From: Trypanosoma brucei
Lineage: Eukaryota
Length of the DNA: 64,000 nucleotides
Direction: 5' to 3'
Assembly (NCBI GenBank): GCA_000002445.1
Contig: CP000069.1
Coordinates: forward strand, 1,554,916-1,618,915
A model generated the notes under the pieces. It was not told the DNA's origin, made no database searches, and saw only the letters and a list, made by a program, of their open reading frames with translations. The translations under genes were made by a program, and so were the position numbers. Shown here piece after piece: positions 61,167 through 64,000 of the stretch. Numbering within the stretch: the stretch's first letter is position 1; the number at the start of each line of letters is the position of its first letter.

Positions 61167-62517
61167 AATATTTCTAACCTTTTTTCGGCAGTTCCTATGG
61201 GTTAAAAAAATAAAAATAAAAAGTTTTCTTGGGCCTGTAAAACCGCCTTTGGGTGTGAGTCATTAAATGGTAGGAAAAAACCACAGATTTTTAGCTACCT
61301 GATACTGCAACCTTCCAACAGCACCGCTATCTAATACCCAAGTAAAAAATGAAAGAAATTAAAATGGATAAATATGTAACAAATACAAAACTTCAGCTTT
61401 CTATTTTTAAAATTCCATTAAATAATTAAAAACATTTTCATTTAAAAAATTTTAAGTCAAATCAATGATGTCATGCCATTTCCAAAAATGAAAAAGACAA
61501 AAATAGCGCGCATTTCTTCAACCAAAAATTATAAACATTAAAAAATTTGCTAAAAATGATTAAAGGTAGCATACTAATAAAAGATGAATATTATCACTCT
61601 AAATTGCAGCGTTTTTCATATGCTTAACTTTTAAAAAGTTCAGTTTCACCACAGAAACCCATGGAAAGTTTTTAAAAAGTTAACGTAAATTTTGGTTTTC
61701 GACACGTTTCCAGTTTTAATTAGGAAACAGGTCTTTATATATATATATATATATCTGTATATGAAACACTAAAAATTTATGGTATTCAGTGTCTTATATC
61801 ATTTGCTAGCTCACAGATTTTAGTTTGTGTCTTAATAAATGGGCTCTGTTTTTCTCCTACTGAACATAATTGATATTTTGCTTCTGTTTGTGCTTTTCTT
61901 AATTTGCTTTGGTCTGATGCCGTTTATACCTGGATAATTTTAGGCCACAAATTGCCTTCCTTTACGTTTGTTGTGTGATAACACACGAAGATAACTCTCC
62001 ATTGATGACGACTTTTATGTGAATTAGTTGCTCACTTCTTCACAGAAGTAAATGTCTCACCGGTATTCAAAAGGAGAATTAGAGAAGTATCGCAACTGAT
62101 TCTCTCTCTTTATAAACATCATCTACTGTTTCATAAATCCGCTATTTTAAGCGGGTTTCCCGTTTTTATTCTTCTTTCACCGTTCACATTAATTCATTAG
62201 AAGTTATAGTTGTAATATTCTAACCCCGATAGTACTATACTGTTCCCACAAATTTTACCGCTTGTTACTTTATCTAATGAGAATTTGACTTCAAAAATAT
62301 CACAAACACACAAACAATCTCTTCTTCTTTATCCGGTTCTTCTTCTTCACAGCTGGATATTAGGATTTGAAATCAGATTGAAAGCCACAGTCGCTAATAT
62401 TATTTCTGCAACGAAATCTATTCATTTGTGAGTAAAATACTGGAATTACCTGTTCATCCTGCATCATTTTATTTTTGGTTGTATTGTGTTCATTCCGTTT
62501 GTTGCCTTTGTTTTTCT

Positions 62518-64000
62518 CCCTGGCGCTACCGGCCACCTCAACATGGCGCCAGGGTCCAGTACCCCGTATCATCGGGGGAAGCCAAGAGCCCGCATCATAC
62601 CCGGTACGACAGGATTGGGGTTGGAAATAGGCTTTCGGCGACAGCATAAGAAGTAAAAAGCAACATCAGTCCTCTGGGATGAAGCAATATATTAGACTGC
62701 TCCTCTGCACGTGTGATCGTGCCTGAATTGGGATACATAGGCTTCTACTACTTAGCAGAGATGTGGAACAGAATACCAGTCTCATGGCTCGTGGAGCCAA
62801 GTGGACCTCTGGGGTCCCTCCCAGGCGAAGCGGATCGCCTTAGAGAAAAAGCTTCACGAGGATATGGTAGTATTCTGTCTATTGCAAGAGACTCACTTGG
62901 AAGCAGAAGAGTGCTGCGCATTAAAAATCAGTGGATACCAACACATGGAGATGGCACGTTCTCTGCATAGTGGTGTGGCACTAATTTTGGTCAAAGATGG
63001 CGTGAGAGTCATCCAAGGTCCGTAGGAGTAGGGTCTTCTGGAAAGAGTTTCTGCAAGACTGATTTTTTCGGCTGATCTGATGTTAACAGTAAAATCCGCT
63101 TACTTTCCACAGAAAAAACATGTCACTATTTACACGCTTGAGAGCATTGAGAGCTCAACTTAAAACTAGTGATAGCGTCTAACAACAACGCATATCATGA
63201 GTTATGTGTCCCTCCTCGCCTAAAAGATACTGCAGGAGAATACATTATAGACCGGTGTCTACAAAATGATATCAAAATTGCGAATGATGGCACACCAGCG
63301 AGAAGAATACCTCACACAGCAACCAGGTCGTTTCCAGATGTTACGATGTACAGAGACTGCAAAGTCACGAGATGGAAGGCAAGCATCAGTTCAGATAATG
63401 GTCACTACTGGATAACGTTTGAGGTGTGTATTGGGATAGGTATAGTAATGATCGTCATAACAAAGACACAAAGGGTGTTGTATGTTTGGAATAAAGCAAA
63501 TTGGCGGGATTTAGAAAAGTGTGTGATATAACAATGGTGAAAAATTAAGGAAGTCGAAAAATAACGTATATTCTATGGCTGAGGCAGTGACTAAAGGCAT
63601 TCGCACAGCAGCAAAGAAAACAATACTGAAATGTAAGGGAGTATCGCCACCGTTCTGGACACGAGAACTGACAGAGCTGGACACAAAAATAGGGGAAAGT
63701 ACAAATGAAAAGCACAGAGTTGCCCTTATATACAAGAGAAGAAAGGTGCTTGCTGAAACGTCTCTACAACGGTGGAAAGAAAATGGGTTGAAGATGTTAG
63801 TGACCGATACAAAAAGTTAGGATTTAGTTGAGTCCATATATGCAGTGAGGCAACTGATATATCCGGTCCTGGTAGTAAATGACCACCCTCTAACATGTAG
63901 ACAGCAAGACAAGAAGTAAGCACAGATGTATAGAGAGCGGTCGACGAAAGCACCAGATGATCCTCCCATGAGTATACCATATCGAGTGAGCGGAGAATTC
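62518..64000 (+). mobile_element. ingi: ingi-type non-LTR (LINE-like) retrotransposon, 5' end, degenerate. It continues beyond the window.
   Basis: It starts with the palindromic ingi/RIME terminal signature 'CCCTGGCGCTACCGGCCACCTCAACATGGCGCCAGGGTCCAGTACCCCG...'. Downstream ORF pieces carry AP-endonuclease motifs ('...VVFCLLQETHLEAEEC...', '...SDNGHYWITFEV...') spread over three frames. It sits ~1.35 kb upstream of the VSG at 59721-61166 and interrupts a conserved VSG-upstream block ('...ttcacagctggatatt...'). Confidence 0.75.

Overview
The window reads as a Trypanosoma brucei-group subtelomeric silent VSG array. Sixteen VSG cassettes, plus several VSG fragments, sit head-to-tail on the minus strand at roughly one per 4 kb. 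Each cassette has upstream 70-bp-repeat units, which appear on the + strand as '...ACACTCACAACACTCTCCTAT...' plus TAA-rich tracts. Each has a ~0.8-1.9 kb upstream region with recurring conserved blocks, a ~450-510 codon VSG reading frame, and a 3' UTR carrying the conserved 16-mer (rc on + strand 'GTGTTAAAATATATCA'). Each reading frame has a signal peptide, an N-terminal domain, a Cys-rich C-terminal domain and a GPI-signal tail. Most VSGs are pseudogenes. They carry in-frame stops or frameshifts, often just ahead of the conserved '...EGETCKDSSFL(V/L)NKKFAL...' GPI-signal coding block. One VSG (39528-41060) looks intact. The non-VSG content is as follows. (i) A complete 1329-bp bacterial IS10 element sits at 55823-57151 with a 402-aa transposase and perfect 9-bp target-site duplications (GGCTGAGTT), and it interrupts a VSG pseudogene. 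This is almost certainly an E. coli cloning-host transposition artefact and not trypanosome biology. (ii) The 5' end of an ingi-type non-LTR retrotransposon starts at 62518 and runs off the window. (iii) A GC-rich block at 41380-41960 carries an ingi/RIME-like terminal signature and truncates a VSG. (iv) Inverted interstitial telomere-like hexamers (GGGTTA/CCCTAA) and an A-rich retroposon-tail-like stretch lie directly downstream of one VSG at 31990-32640. (v) Two paralogous ~1 kb pseudogene fragments, each with an 'ASDEDIVI' DxD-like motif, lie immediately upstream of two VSGs of the same subfamily, which indicates a segmental duplication. (vi) There are three very long perfect (TAA)n tracts of up to ~450 bp. 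No prokaryote-style system (CRISPR, operon, defence island) is present apart from the IS10 contaminant.
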